Under the pieces are notes generated by a model. It saw only the letters and a list, made by a program, of their open reading frames with translations, had not been told where the DNA came from and ran no database searches. A DNA stretch of 64,000 bases from Eukaryota sp. TZLM1-RC (lineage: Eukaryota; Protista; Metamonada: BaSk clade). The translations under genes were made by a program, and so were the position numbers. Every line of letters begins with the position of its first letter. Position 1 is the stretch's first letter. Shown one piece after another: positions 25,674 through 36,829 of this stretch. Where the stretch lies: the NCBI GenBank assembly GCA_040285825.1, contig JAUPSS010000014.1, forward strand, positions 66,337-130,336. The letters run 5' to 3'.

Positions 25674-27143
25674 CTATTTTACAGCTAGCTTTGGAGTACA
25701 TACTCTAGGAGATGTAACTTCAAATTTAGGGTCATAAAACACATCAGGTGCTGAACTTTTTGATCGTCCTTTCTGAGCCCTTTTTCTACAGATTTGTGCA
25801 TCTAATTTAATAAAAGTATTCTTTGGTGAAGAAGGCGGAATATCATAATAAAGGTCGTTAATGGTCGATTTATGACCTACATCACGTGATAACTGTTTAG
25901 AAATTGAAGGTCCACGTGTTCTAGGGGAAACCAGGTTATAATTTGCTTCATAGGGATCACTCATTGAAGCAAATGAACCATTAACAAATCTTCTACTATT
26001 ACTTCTAATTAATACAGACTTTGTTCGTGGTGACACGACGTCATAGTCATAATAATCAACTTTTGATTGATTTTTTGATTGATCACTTGGATAATGACGA
26101 GGACTTTGCTTATCAAACGTGATGAAACGATCTTTTTTAGGAGAAACTGCATTCCTTGACTTATCTGGATTATACAGCGGAACATCAATCTTTTTATCTG
26201 AAATTGAATCAAAAAATGATCTTCGTGGTGAATATCTTCTTAAATTAGTTGTTCTGCTGGAGGGACGTGTTAATGATTCGTCGACATCATATTCAGCTTC
26301 GATCAAATTTGATTGGTGATGCGATCTTGGTGAATAAAGCTCTAATTTCGGAACAATTAACCTTGGATCAGTTTGAGAATAATTAACCGGGTAACTATCA
26401 GGAACGGAAACCATTGCATCATTATCACGTGACTTTGATTGCCTTGATAGTGGAACAGCAGGGTCATGATTCCTTCTTGTTTGTTTGTACCATTCTTCAG
26501 TCTTGTAAACAACATCAGGTGCACTAGGAGAAGTAACACAACTGGGTCTAGCCATCTGCTTGTCAAAGGGAACAACTCTGGGAGATCGAGGTGATACGGG
26601 GTCAAGGGAATGATCAATCCAGCCATCAAACTGTGACAAGGAAGGGTTCTTGCGGGGAGAGGAGAGGAAAGAAGAAGAAGGTGAGGGAGATCGTTGTGGA
26701 GCAAGAGAAGTATCACAGGAAGATACATTGTGAGCGAAGGGACAAGCCTTGAACACAGGGTCAGCAGAAGGTCGCCGAGGTTTAAGGGCAAAGCGAGGAG
26801 ATGTAGGGGAAGTAAGACGATCTTTAGGGTGATAGTGACCTACAGGTGGAGCGACAGTTGGCCTAGCGGTTGAAGGACGTGGAGAAGAAGCAAAACTAGA
26901 CGTTGGCCTTGGACGGGAGATTCGTGAGGTTTGAGGCCGGATAGGCTGAGGTGGAGGAACTAAGGTAGAGGAAGACCTATCAATGGATCGATTAGCAAAG
27001 TGCTCCGAGACTAAAGTGGAGTTGTTTGGTTGTGTAGTCTTCTTAACAATGTCTCTGGAGCTCGGATGCTTAGGCTTGGGTCGATGGAGTTGTGCATGAA
27101 TGCTTTTTCCAGCCTTGGAGAAATGAAAGCGGGTACATTGCAT
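25674..27143 (-). CDS. Ser/Pro/Arg-rich protein with SHIPPO/ODF3-like repeats (probable flagellar microtubule-associated protein)
   Basis: 489-aa ORF with recurring P.vg.Y.p / PDV.Y.P and F.KQ..R motifs. The start may lie in an unresolved upstream exon. Confidence 0.55.
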   Translation of the reverse strand: MQCTRFHFSKAGKSIHAQLHRPKPKHPSSRDIVKKTTQPNNSTLVSEHFANRSIDRSSSTLVPPPQPIRPQTSRISRPRPTSSFASSPRPSTARPTVAPPVGHYHPKDRLTSPTSPRFALKPRRPSADPVFKACPFAHNVSSCDTSLAPQRSPSPSSSFLSSPRKNPSLSQFDGWIDHSLDPVSPRSPRVVPFDKQMARPSCVTSPSAPDVVYKTEEWYKQTRRNHDPAVPLSRQSKSRDNDAMVSVPDSYPVNYSQTDPRLIVPKLELYSPRSHHQSNLIEAEYDVDESLTRPSSRTTNLRRYSPRRSFFDSISDKKIDVPLYNPDKSRNAVSPKKDRFITFDKQSPRHYPSDQSKNQSKVDYYDYDVVSPRTKSVLIRSNSRRFVNGSFASMSDPYEANYNLVSPRTRGPSISKQLSRDVGHKSTINDLYYDIPPSSPKNTFIKLDAQICRKRAQKGRSKSSAPDVFYDPKFEVTSPRVCTPKLAVK

Positions 27144-28499
27144 ATCCCTCAGTGGTTCTCACTGAAAATGCATTCTTTACCTGAAGTACCAATTTCCAAT
27201 ACTTCAACCACATCCACATGTCTAAACTAAATCATCCGGAGATGATCAGCTTTAAACAAATCAAATAAACACCGAGTATGGTCAAAAAAATTGAACCCTG
27301 ATCTTTTAATTCAATTCAAATCGATGACCGCAAATCAAAATCTTCCTATGGTTAGGGGATTTTTTCTTGAAACTATCAGGATTGTCAACTTTACTAAAAT
27401 CATGATAACCAATTTCTCCTTCCTGATGAGATTATCAACAAAAAAAGATAAGATGGTGCAAATCTTTTAAAAAGAAAAAATGATGAGCAAACGGATGAGT
27501 GGATTTCAGATCAGAATTTTTTTAATTTCAATTGTTGTTGGAAGGTTTGATCGCCATTATTGATTTTTGGAGAGTAAATAATCACTTATATTGAGAATGA
27601 GTCCTCAAATTACCAGATTACCAGACATTGATATGGATATTCCGCCAGAATTATTCTTTGACGAAAAACCTTGCTTCGTAGGTTTTTAAACAGTATTGGT
27701 AATCATCAACCCCATTGTTTCCTTAATAACATTTTAAGGCAATTTGATTTACAGGTTTTAAAAAATAGATTAAATTATTTTGATTTACCACTTCCTACTG
27801 TTCGAGATGGTACAGTAATTAAGCACTCTATCAACTTTTACCGAGATGGAGAGAAGTTGTCATCAGGGAAAATCGGTTTTTTCTTGAAGATACACTGGTA
27901 TTTGCCAAAAAATTCATCAAAATCCAATATGGACATGGCTTAGGCAATCTGGCATATAAAATGATTTATGAAAAGAAAACCAAACTTCATCAACAATTCA
28001 ACCTTATTTTAGCAATTGATTGTTTAGCTACTTCTCTACTGAGACAAAATCTTATTTAATATGGGTTCATGATTTTATCCTTTATCTGAAACTTTTCGTG
28101 TTGAAAAATAAATAATAGTATATAATAGTATATAATAGTTTTATCATCTTATAAAACCAATTTTGCAACCGTCAACTGAATTAAACTGAGTTAAACATTC
28201 AAATGTGATACTCAAATTGAAAGAAACTGCTTCAAAAATTCAACAGTTACAAATTCATACTACATGTTGCTTGGAGCTGCATTTACAGTCCCGATTGGAA
28301 CGTAATTTACTATTACCACGAATATTTGCCAAATTTTATGAATCATTAATGGCCAAATTTTGTTTTTTTCAACTGAGTATTATGGGCAAAAAACGGTTAG
28401 ACCAAGAAGTGCATGTCCACAGGATTTTGAAGACTTTGTTTCTGGTGAAGGAGTTTATACTTTAAGAACTACCTTTAAGCAACAAAAGTTCACGAAAAT

Positions 28500-28715
28500 T
28501 GATTGATTCCCACATTGTAGATTTTGAAAGTTCTTCTCTAAATCAAACTGACAGCATCATGTAACTATGTAACTAAGGCTGATTAGTTATCAATATAGGG
28601 CATTTTGAAGCATGACGTAAGGTGAGCTGTATTGAATTGGAGCAAATACATGTTTCTTTTGATAGTAGTTGGTCAATTGAACATATTCAGTTATTTCATC
28701 TTTGTTACAAAAACT
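28500..28715 (-). mobile_element. Small CRE-like retrotransposon fragment
   Basis: Reverse complement resembles 52020-52270 (CICSNS..LRHA..C zinc knuckle). Confidence 0.6.
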
Positions 28716-28959
28716 TCATCATCATTGAGAAATCAGAGGTGTTAAAGAAACAACAGTCTCAACCCAAAGTTATGAACCCACTCATCACAGTCTAAAGGCT
28801 GTTGGAAATGGTGCTGAAGGTGCTGGTATACCTATGAGTCCGATGCAACAACCTGATCTCAATTCATTATCACCAGTAGCGAAAGCGAAAGTTGAAGAAC
28901 AATGTATAGTTTTGAAGTAACTTAAGAAATCAAGCTGTTGTCTATTTAGGTTGGTTCTT

Positions 28960-29165
28960 AGGAGAAAGGCCAAGAGCGAATGTGGTTAGCGTACTATTGT
29001 TAGTTAGGAACGACACAATTGTAGGTGTAAGGGAGTCAGAAATGTTGTTTCCGCTCACGTTGAGGGAAGTAAGGACACAGGACAAGACAGGATGGTAGAG
29101 GTACCAAGAACACGAAGGAAGTTGTGAATGTTGTCCTGTCAAGAGTCATTGTTAGGTTGAGTGGT
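28960..29165 (-). pseudogene. RI-like leucine-rich-repeat fragment
   Basis: LTSLNVSGNNISDSLTPTIVSFLTNNSTLTTFALG in ORF 28942-29142; no complete gene is visible. Confidence 0.4.
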
Positions 29166-29169
29166 TTCT

Positions 29170-30245
29170 ATTTTAAGATTGAAGAATTGACAACAGGAAA
29201 TTGAAACTCTTTCACCCAATATTTGGACTAAATGTTTCCCCTCTGATATTGTGGAACTTCCTTCAAGAAGCTTGCTCTCCTTACCACTGACTTTTGCAAA
29301 ATTGCAGAAAAATTTTTTGAAAGTTTTAGTAAACTTGGATTGTATTGTACGTCTTAGCTTGGCTAAGGAAAAAAATCCCGTTTTTGCAAACTTTTTGATT
29401 GATCTTGAAGACAGTTGTTCAAGTTGCCTAATCTCCCAAATTCCCAACATTTATGGCCTTCTACTTAATGATCACCAATGGACCACTGCAATGAGAATGA
29501 GATGTTTTCTATGGCCTTGTTCATTACCAAATGATTTAATTTGTCGCTGCAAGAGTGTTGTTACGCTTTCCCATATTTTAAACTGTAAGTATTTTATAAC
29601 TTATCGCTCAATTGTTCATGACTCAGTTCGTGATTAATTATATGCCATGTGCAAAAGTTTCAATATAGAGGCATTTATTGAGCCACTAGTACGTAAGCTG
29701 TCTTCAGATCAAACTGATGATTCCTTTAGTAAAAGAAGGGCAGATTTAGTAGCTCCAGGGATCGATGGTGTTCTCAATGTTGTAGATGTTGTCTCAGTTG
29801 ATGTTTGCAAAAATTATGCTGCTCGTTTAGTGTATTCCGCTGATTCGCCGTTATCTAACGCCGAAAAAAACAAGATAAAAAATATGAAGAACGATTGGCT
29901 CAGGTAGGTAGAGTGGAACATGTGAAATATCAGTTTGTGCCATTTGCAATTTCTCTTTTTGGCAATATTGGACCTTCAGGGTTGCATTTTTTTGAAAACT
30001 TCAAAAAAGTGTTATTGAATAGGTCTAGTAAAACAATGAATTCCACTTTCTGGTTAAATAGAATTGTGTTTTGCATTTTCAAGTCTATTCCAACAATGAT
30101 ATCCAAGGCGCTTTTAGCTATTGGTGTAGAATATGAACGTAATGCTGTGAGTAGGTTTAGTAGTAGTGACGCTTGTTTGGAGGATATTGAATTCTGGATG
30201 GTAATTGTTATCTCAATAAATATTCCAGTTTTTTTAAAAAAAGGA
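29170..30245 (+). mobile_element. CRE-like RLE non-LTR retrotransposon, 5'-truncated
   Basis: CRC..HILNC..RSIVHD, EP, RRADLV, VDVVS and KY motifs across ORFs 29251-30257; A-rich 3' end. Confidence 0.88.
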
Positions 30246-30486
30246 TTGACAAGTTGATCACATTATGAAAATATACTTTACGAACTCATTGAAACAACAC
30301 GTTCTCTTGATTGATTTGCTACTGTTAACCTTTTCAAGAAAGAAAATAGTTGCGGCAGCTTAAATATCACATATTATAGTGTTTAATTATCATTTTGCTC
30401 AGGGTTTGTAGATGTTAGAAGTTGTGAAAAAATCAAATTTTTATTGTTGACTGTCTGATCTTTTCTCGACTGACATATTCACCCCA

Positions 30487-32337
30487 ATGGCAAATCCAGA
30501 GTTGCCACGTCGAGGGCGTGTACTCCCCTGGGAGGTTAACCGTCGTGAGCAACCAATAAACGACAGCAAGACGACAGTTCCAGCAAGTGCTGCTCACTTC
30601 TTCTCTACTGCAGCTCTTGTTTCAATGGAAAGACAGTTTCGCTATATTCGAACTGTCACTGTGCTTACTGCCCGGTTAGCACAGCTGTTCGTCCTGCAAT
30701 ATCCGGAAATGGCTTTCTGGTTATATCAACAACAGTTTTGGTATCAATGCCAAGACTTTGTAATGGTACCTCATCCGACTGTGAGACGCCCATTCGAGAA
30801 TCATATGGAAGTGTACCGCAAACTCTATGATGTCTCTTTCCGACCTGTCTGGCCGTTTCCTCCTATTGGCTTTCAGAAGGGAACCGACAACTGCCTCTCT
30901 GACATTAGAAGCTTTCGCGCACTGCAAATGGCGAACAGCTTTTGTCAAATACTTACTGATGGCCCTGTCTCCTGGAAGCTGAACTTCTTCCGGACAATGG
31001 CTACCTTCTTTGAGTGCCCTTGCCCAAAGAAATATGCTTCATTAGTGGTGAACACGACTGCAGCCACTATTCCTGTCTCTTTGCGCGCATGGTATGATGA
31101 AGGTCCCCATGAGTACATAATGGACCTATTTATTCAGCAGGTTGCCGACCCTCATCGTTTTGACGCTATGTTGATGCTGGACAATGTTGATCTCAATCCA
31201 GACAACATCACCTTCTTATTCACTGCTGGGCTAAATATTTTATCCTTTCTGGAAAATATTGCATCTGACACGATGCGAAGAAATGCAGTGCCCCCTCCCC
31301 CAGTTATTCTCCTGGCTTTATCTCTTTTAGTCAAAAACTGGAAAAGCATTTTCTCTCTTTTAATGCCAACCACTGTCTGCTGAAAGATCCGTTGACCTTT
31401 TTCAGAAAAAAGAAGTATCTGACTTACACAATCAGTTCAGATGCTGTTTCAATCCGCTTCATTTTTTCCTTTGCCCCGAAAAAAAATAAGAATCGCCGGA
31501 CAGTCAGAGAATTGGCAACCATCATAGCCAGTGGGGAACTCGATATACCTGCAAAGAGTCGAAAGCGACACTCTAGACTTCAACAACAGGTTCGTCCTTG
31601 GCAACGTCGAAGAACTGACGACGCCTATGAGCCTCCGCCAGTTGATCCAATTGAATATTCATTTTGATAACAATGTTGATCATCAACTTTCGGGCCTTGT
31701 TCTGAATCCAAAGGCAAGGAAGATCATTCACCCACCGGTCCTGACCCATGCATCACCAAATTGCTATTTTGCTAAGAATTTACACAAATATCTTAATGAA
31801 ATAGCAATGCCTTTGATGTGGGTACCGACACAGGAAGAAATCAGCAATCCCGACTTCCGTCCAAGAACTATACTAGACCAACTGCTGATAAATGGAGATC
31901 GCCGAGCCCTGTGTCGCAACAAGTTTGATTTCTTTATAAGAAGGCAAAAAAGAATAATGGGATTAATTGAAAAAATTAAACTAATGGCTAATGGAAGAGA
32001 AACCATAATTTGGTTTGGTAGTGGAGGTGATGGGCCATCAAGACAAGCTGTGAAAACCCCAAGGAAGCGCTTTTTGAAGGAGATTCAGAAACATTTTACA
32101 TATATGAAGCCTAATGGAGATGAATTCTACACATCTGCCAAAACGAATTGCTGTAAGGTATTCAATCAAAAGTTGTATCACGATGATGGGAGGGTGCACA
32201 ATGATAAGTTTGTATGCCCTCAATGTCAGACACTCTGGTCGAGGGACATCTCAGCTTCCAGAAACCAACTGGAGATTGTCATAAGTGAACACTACTACAA
32301 TGAAAGACCTGAGGCGTTCCGGAGACCCCGTAGATAA
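30487..32337 (+). pseudogene. Fanzor (TnpB-derived RNA-guided RuvC nuclease), family B copy 1; one gene split over three frames
   Basis: C-terminus IIWFGSGG..NGDEFYTSAKTNCC..CPQCQTLWSRDISASRN..RPEAFRR gives the RuvC-II Glu, Zn ribbon and RuvC-III Asp. A WED-like YTISSDAVSIRFIF is in the middle frame. Frame breaks at ~31360 and ~31663; collinear homology to 52833-54655. Confidence 0.85.
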
Positions 32338-32339
32338 GT

Positions 32340-32497
32340 GTTTTTCAATGTATTACGTACCTGTACGCGTATTGTGATGTTGCTGCTTTAACTATCATTT
32401 GATCGTAATATCATATTGTGATGGATCTAAAGTATGCTTAACGTCTATCAAGGTTGCATGAACTGGTCAAAAGCCAGAAGTGCATTTTGATAGAAAT
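32340..32497 (+). ncRNA. Candidate Fanzor omega-RNA scaffold
   Basis: Three consecutive stem-loops immediately after the Fanzor stop; the strongest is TCTATCAA..TGCAT..CTGG/CCAG..GTGCA..TTGATAGA (32444-32494). TCAATGTATT..TATTGT is shared with the 3' flank of copy 2. Confidence 0.5.
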
Positions 32498-32558
32498 TCA
32501 CAGTAAATCAAACTTTCACAATTTAGCAATCACATCTGAAGCCACTTGCATTGCTTAA

Positions 32559-33803
32559 ATGAATGCAGTCGCAGAGTCTCTACTTGAGCACCTCAATGAT
32601 CCACTGCCATCTCTGTGGAAATTTCATCCACCTTCTTTGCTGTCTCAAGCATCGTTTGTTGTTCAACAACTGATTTCATCTTCAAATTCATATCATCAAG
32701 TATTGGCGGTTAAAATTGCTATTCTCTGTCAATCCCTAGTTGAACTTCCTCCATCCATTGATCCAATTACTGCTGCAGTTTATCATCTCTCCCATAGCTC
32801 TCCTGAAAGGGCATTAATAGCTCTTCCCCCATCTGAATGTCCCAAAGTTCTGTTTCTCAAATCAATCTCCTTTGCGCTTCTCAATAACCACTCAAATGCC
32901 CTTCATCACTCTTTACCTCTCCTCTCCTCGTCTCCTTCTCCCTCCTGTTATGCTCTTGTCTCTCTTCTTCTTTCCACACCCACTTCCTCACTTGATCTTC
33001 TCTCTCCTTCATATTCTCAATCCATACCCATCATTCAGAAGGGTATTTCCCTCTACCCAGATGATGTAATCCTCCACGTGATAGCTGCCCTTACTTGGTC
33101 AAGAATTGGATCACCATCCAAAGTCTCTTACCATTTACACACTCTTATTTCATCTCTTCAGAAGCTTTCTCCTGGTTCTCCTCCTTTTTCCATTTCCTTT
33201 TCCTCACACCCTTCACTTCCTTATATAAACGACATCTCTGTTACCCTTCCATCTCTGCCTTCTCCTCTTCAATCCACCATAGCCTTGATATTGACAGTTG
33301 CTGCTATTTGTTTTACTTATCTTCATCAATACCAAGATGCAGCGGTATGTGCTCAATCAGCTGGTACTTTGATTCCCGGATTTGCTCCTGCTTTGTTGCT
33401 GTCGGCTAGAGTACTTGCAAGTGAAGAAATCAACGAAGAATTAAGTTCTTTGGATGCCCTGTATGGTGTTGGTGTCTTGGATTGTGAAAATTTAGAAGTT
33501 GCACTTTATTTGTTGAAAATTTGGTTTGAAGGATTGAGAGAAGTTAAAGAAGCAGATTTAATTTATTTGGAAAACGAATTAGCTTTTATTATAAATAATT
33601 TGAAGAATTGTAAATCAAAAAGCTTTTGGAGAATTCTTTCACCAGGATTACTTGGGGAATGCTATGAGTTAATGGCACGTGTCACTGAGTTGTCTGGTGA
33701 CAAGAAGAGATCAGAAGAGTACAAGCAATTATCAGTAGAGGTGTTTCTTAATACCCCAATAATTAGTTATGAAATTATTGATTTTTTACATTTAATTAAA
33801 TGA
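32559..33803 (+). CDS. Hypothetical helical (TPR-like) protein
   Basis: Intact 414-aa ORF with Ala/Leu helical patterns; no recognisable family. Confidence 0.65.
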   Translation: MNAVAESLLEHLNDPLPSLWKFHPPSLLSQASFVVQQLISSSNSYHQVLAVKIAILCQSLVELPPSIDPITAAVYHLSHSSPERALIALPPSECPKVLFLKSISFALLNNHSNALHHSLPLLSSSPSPSCYALVSLLLSTPTSSLDLLSPSYSQSIPIIQKGISLYPDDVILHVIAALTWSRIGSPSKVSYHLHTLISSLQKLSPGSPPFSISFSSHPSLPYINDISVTLPSLPSPLQSTIALILTVAAICFTYLHQYQDAAVCAQSAGTLIPGFAPALLLSARVLASEEINEELSSLDALYGVGVLDCENLEVALYLLKIWFEGLREVKEADLIYLENELAFIINNLKNCKSKSFWRILSPGLLGECYELMARVTELSGDKKRSEEYKQLSVEVFLNTPIISYEIIDFLHLIK

Positions 33804-33813
33804 ATTAAACAAT

Positions 33814-34803
33814 TTATTTATTTTCTATACTTAATAAAGCCATTTTCAAAACACTCTCAAAACTTCCCGCACCACCAGTGAACCCACTACCATGGACAAA
33901 ATTAGCATCAGAAATACCACTTTTAACTTTAAGTTCTTCACCTCTCAACCCCCTCCATTCTTGACATATCCCTCTTCTCAATTCAAAACTACCTCTAACC
34001 AAAGGAACAGTGCCCAGTCTGTATTGGTCTTGGTCCTTGTAAATGCAAAACAAAATGTTATTATCTGCGTTTAAACCAAGTTCTTCTTCTATTTCAAGCA
34101 AATGCTCCTTCCAAGGACAGATAATATCAAGGTACACAACTCTACCACTTGAATCAATGCTGAATCTTTCATTGACGGACTTTTCAACAATGGCCCTTGC
34201 TGGCAACCAGCAGCCAGCAATGTAATCAAGAGCATCCCAGAACTCAACCCCAACAAGGTGAACTGCCTTTGCAAACAGATGGTCTACATCAACCACAGAT
34301 TGGTTCCAACAAGGGTTGAGGTTCTTAACCCTAGAGGAGAGATCTGTTGAGATGGAGTATCGTTTGGGAACGTCAGTGTCGTATTGGCTAACACCATTGT
34401 CGATTCCATCAATTGCTTCTACAAAGTTCCTGTACAACCTCACATGGACAAGTTCCACGAGATGATCTGAAAGATGAGGACATCTATCCTTGATGATTTG
34501 TTTACCGAAATGACGATAGACAAGGCCAGCTGAAGAAAGGGGTGTAGAGAAACCAGGGAATGTTTCCTCAAACGGACGTTGATGGTGATCAAAGCGTAGA
34601 GTTGAAGAATCAAAGACACCACCAACATCTACAACTACGTCAGCAAGAGCCATCCTAGACTCATCTCGAGTGCGAATGACAGTAGCGTTTGAGAACCGTG
34701 GAATTTGACGTAGGAGGAATATTGAGAGTGATTCGTCTGCATGAAAAACTCCAGAGTGTGTAACAATTATTCTTGAAGTAGAGGGTTCCTGGGTGGAGGT
34801 CAT
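33814..34803 (-). CDS. MYG1: MYG1 exonuclease (UPF0160)
   Basis: THSGVFHADE, VVDVGGVFD..FDHHQR, LSSAGLVYRHFG, AIDGIDNG and WRGLRGEEL..FVHGSGFTGG. Likely start MTSTQEP at 34803. Confidence 0.95.
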   Translation of the reverse strand: MTSTQEPSTSRIIVTHSGVFHADESLSIFLLRQIPRFSNATVIRTRDESRMALADVVVDVGGVFDSSTLRFDHHQRPFEETFPGFSTPLSSAGLVYRHFGKQIIKDRCPHLSDHLVELVHVRLYRNFVEAIDGIDNGVSQYDTDVPKRYSISTDLSSRVKNLNPCWNQSVVDVDHLFAKAVHLVGVEFWDALDYIAGCWLPARAIVEKSVNERFSIDSSGRVVYLDIICPWKEHLLEIEEELGLNADNNILFCIYKDQDQYRLGTVPLVRGSFELRRGICQEWRGLRGEELKVKSGISDANFVHGSGFTGGAGSFESVLKMALLSIENK

Positions 34804-35562
34804 TGATTGTGAAGGATAGATTAATTTGATAATTAGAATGTTCGAATAAGGCTTCAAATTGTACAGGAGTACCTTATTTTCAGTAAAAGAAAAGCATAAT
34901 GAACATGACAATATTTAAGAACCATAAATTGAACGAGGGAAGCAATAATCACAAAGCTAGAACCCTTAAATTCCAACGTTTTCCTTTTGGAATTCCAAAT
35001 ACTTAAGGAAATACTTAAAGAATTCTAACAGTACTTACTGGAATTCCGGAATTGCAGATTCCTTGTTGGACTTGTTCCAAAATGGAAACTATATCACTCA
35101 GTGTTCAAAATTTCACGTGTTCAACAGGTGCATCCTCAGGTTGAATACGAGCTCTGCTTTACCATCGAAGTATATCAGGGAACAATTATCAAGGTTATGT
35201 ATAACAAATAATTTCAACCAAATTTTTGATAGAACAAAAGTACAGTTTTTCGTAATAACACGGGTCTAAATACACTATCGGGTAAGATTAATCCATGATA
35301 AAAATGAAAAAAATGGTAATGGTGATGGTGATGGTAAGATCCAGTTATCAATTTGTCACATAGACAATTGACAATATTCTCCTTCTCGTCACTTCTTGTT
35401 CTTTTCAGATTTTGTTGGTTTTAGTGTCGAAAATTTGCAGGAGAGGTCGGATTTACAATGGTCAAGACAAAAAGAATTAAAGAAGAAGTGAGATAAGAAA
35501 ACACGAGTAGTTCTGATGCTGAGAACACTGATACCACATCATCAGTCACAAATAACTTCTCA

Positions 35563-36690
35563 ATGATCATCCTCAATGATGATCTTTCTTCATCAGATGA
35601 TGAACTACAACCTATATCATCTCTTTCCCCACTAGAACATCAAGCTAATTCCGGAATTGTTGCTGCACAAATTGATCTCGCAAAAATACTTCAACACGGT
35701 GACCAACAGCATCGCCGTAATCCACAAAAGGCTTTTCAATGGGCTCAAAAGGCTGCTGAATCTCGTCATCCAGAAGCTTTGCATATCCTTGCAAGGTGTT
35801 ACTTGGATGGTGTGGGGTATTGTCACCTTGTTTAACCAGTCTTGTTTAACCACAGAACGGAAAAGAATATAGATTTGGGATATGGTCTTCTAAAGGAAGC
35901 TGCTTTCACCCATGAGCACCCTGACTCGATGGCTACTATAGCCAACTGTTGGTTAACCACACATAAGGCAGAAAAGACTCCCGACCAAGCCAAGAGTTTG
36001 TTCAAGAAAGCTGCTAAGAATGGAAGCGCTTTTGGGATGTTTAAATTGGCAATATGCTACGATAAAGGAATCGGAACCACTATTGACCAAGAAAAGGCTC
36101 TGTTGTGGTACGAAGCAGCTGCTGACAATGGAATTGCATCTGCAGCAAAGCAATTGGGAGACTATTATAAAAGTGAACCCAATAGTGATCCATTTAAAGC
36201 CTTTGAGTACTATTCAAAGGCTGCTGAATCCGGAATGGTTGAAGCAATGGTACAGTTGTCGTATTTATTGTCATCTGGCACTGGGTGTACCAAGAACCAA
36301 GAAACAGCAAGAGAGTGGATGAAAAAAGCTGCAGATCGGGGACATTCCCGTGCACAAAACCAAGTAGGTCATTATTACAAAAGAAATAACAATATGACAC
36401 TGGCAGTAAAGTATTGGACTAAATGTGTACGACATGGGAAAGGAGTTCCAGGTTCCAGCGATTCTGCCTATCAATTAGGAATTGCTTATCAAAATGGCAA
36501 GGGGGTTGATAGAAATCTGAGGAAAGCGTTTTTAAATTATAAACAAGCAGCCAATGATTCCAATTATGTGAAAAGGACAAATGCCATCAAATCTGTGATG
36601 CACTTTTTAAGAAATGGAATGGGGGTGAATAGAAATGATACAGAAATGAGGAAATGGCAAGCATTATTAAGAAGAATCGAACCCCATTAG
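35563..36690 (+). CDS. Sel1-like repeat (SLR) protein; intron 35817-35855; start uncertain
   Basis: Multiple A..LG..Y..G.G...D..KA..WY..AA repeats. Splicing joins DGVG|TEKNIDLG. Confidence 0.88.
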
Positions 36691-36829
36691 AGTTTTTTAA
36701 TGGAATTTCTTGTAATTTAATAAAAGTTTCATTAAAATGCCTAAAACAAATGTAACACGGCAGTATTATTAATCCTTGAATATTATACACTTCAAACTAC
36801 AATAACATTTGGGCTGTTGTGGCATTTGG

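Noticed and set aside
31350-31400. Programmed -1 frameshift or intron joining the Fanzor ORFs
   Set aside because: T CTT TTA is not a canonical slippery heptamer, and no intron matching the local consensus fits. A mutation or homopolymer error is simpler.
32455-32485. SECIS element (ATGA..AAAA..GA)
   Set aside because: The helix between the core and the apical loop is only ~5 bp (SECIS needs ~11-12), and there is no selenoprotein-like upstream gene.
30400-32545. Terminal inverted repeats around Fanzor copy 1 (..TTGTGAAA / TTTCACAA..)
   Set aside because: The match is short and imperfect in AT-rich DNA, and no TSD could be confirmed.
35458-35562. TAA-to-Gln recoding suggested by an in-frame TAA upstream of the Sel1 gene
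   Set aside because: Conserved genes (PSAT, RPA1, RidA, MYG1, PIGV) end in TAA at the expected positions. An unresolved intron or a downstream start is more likely.
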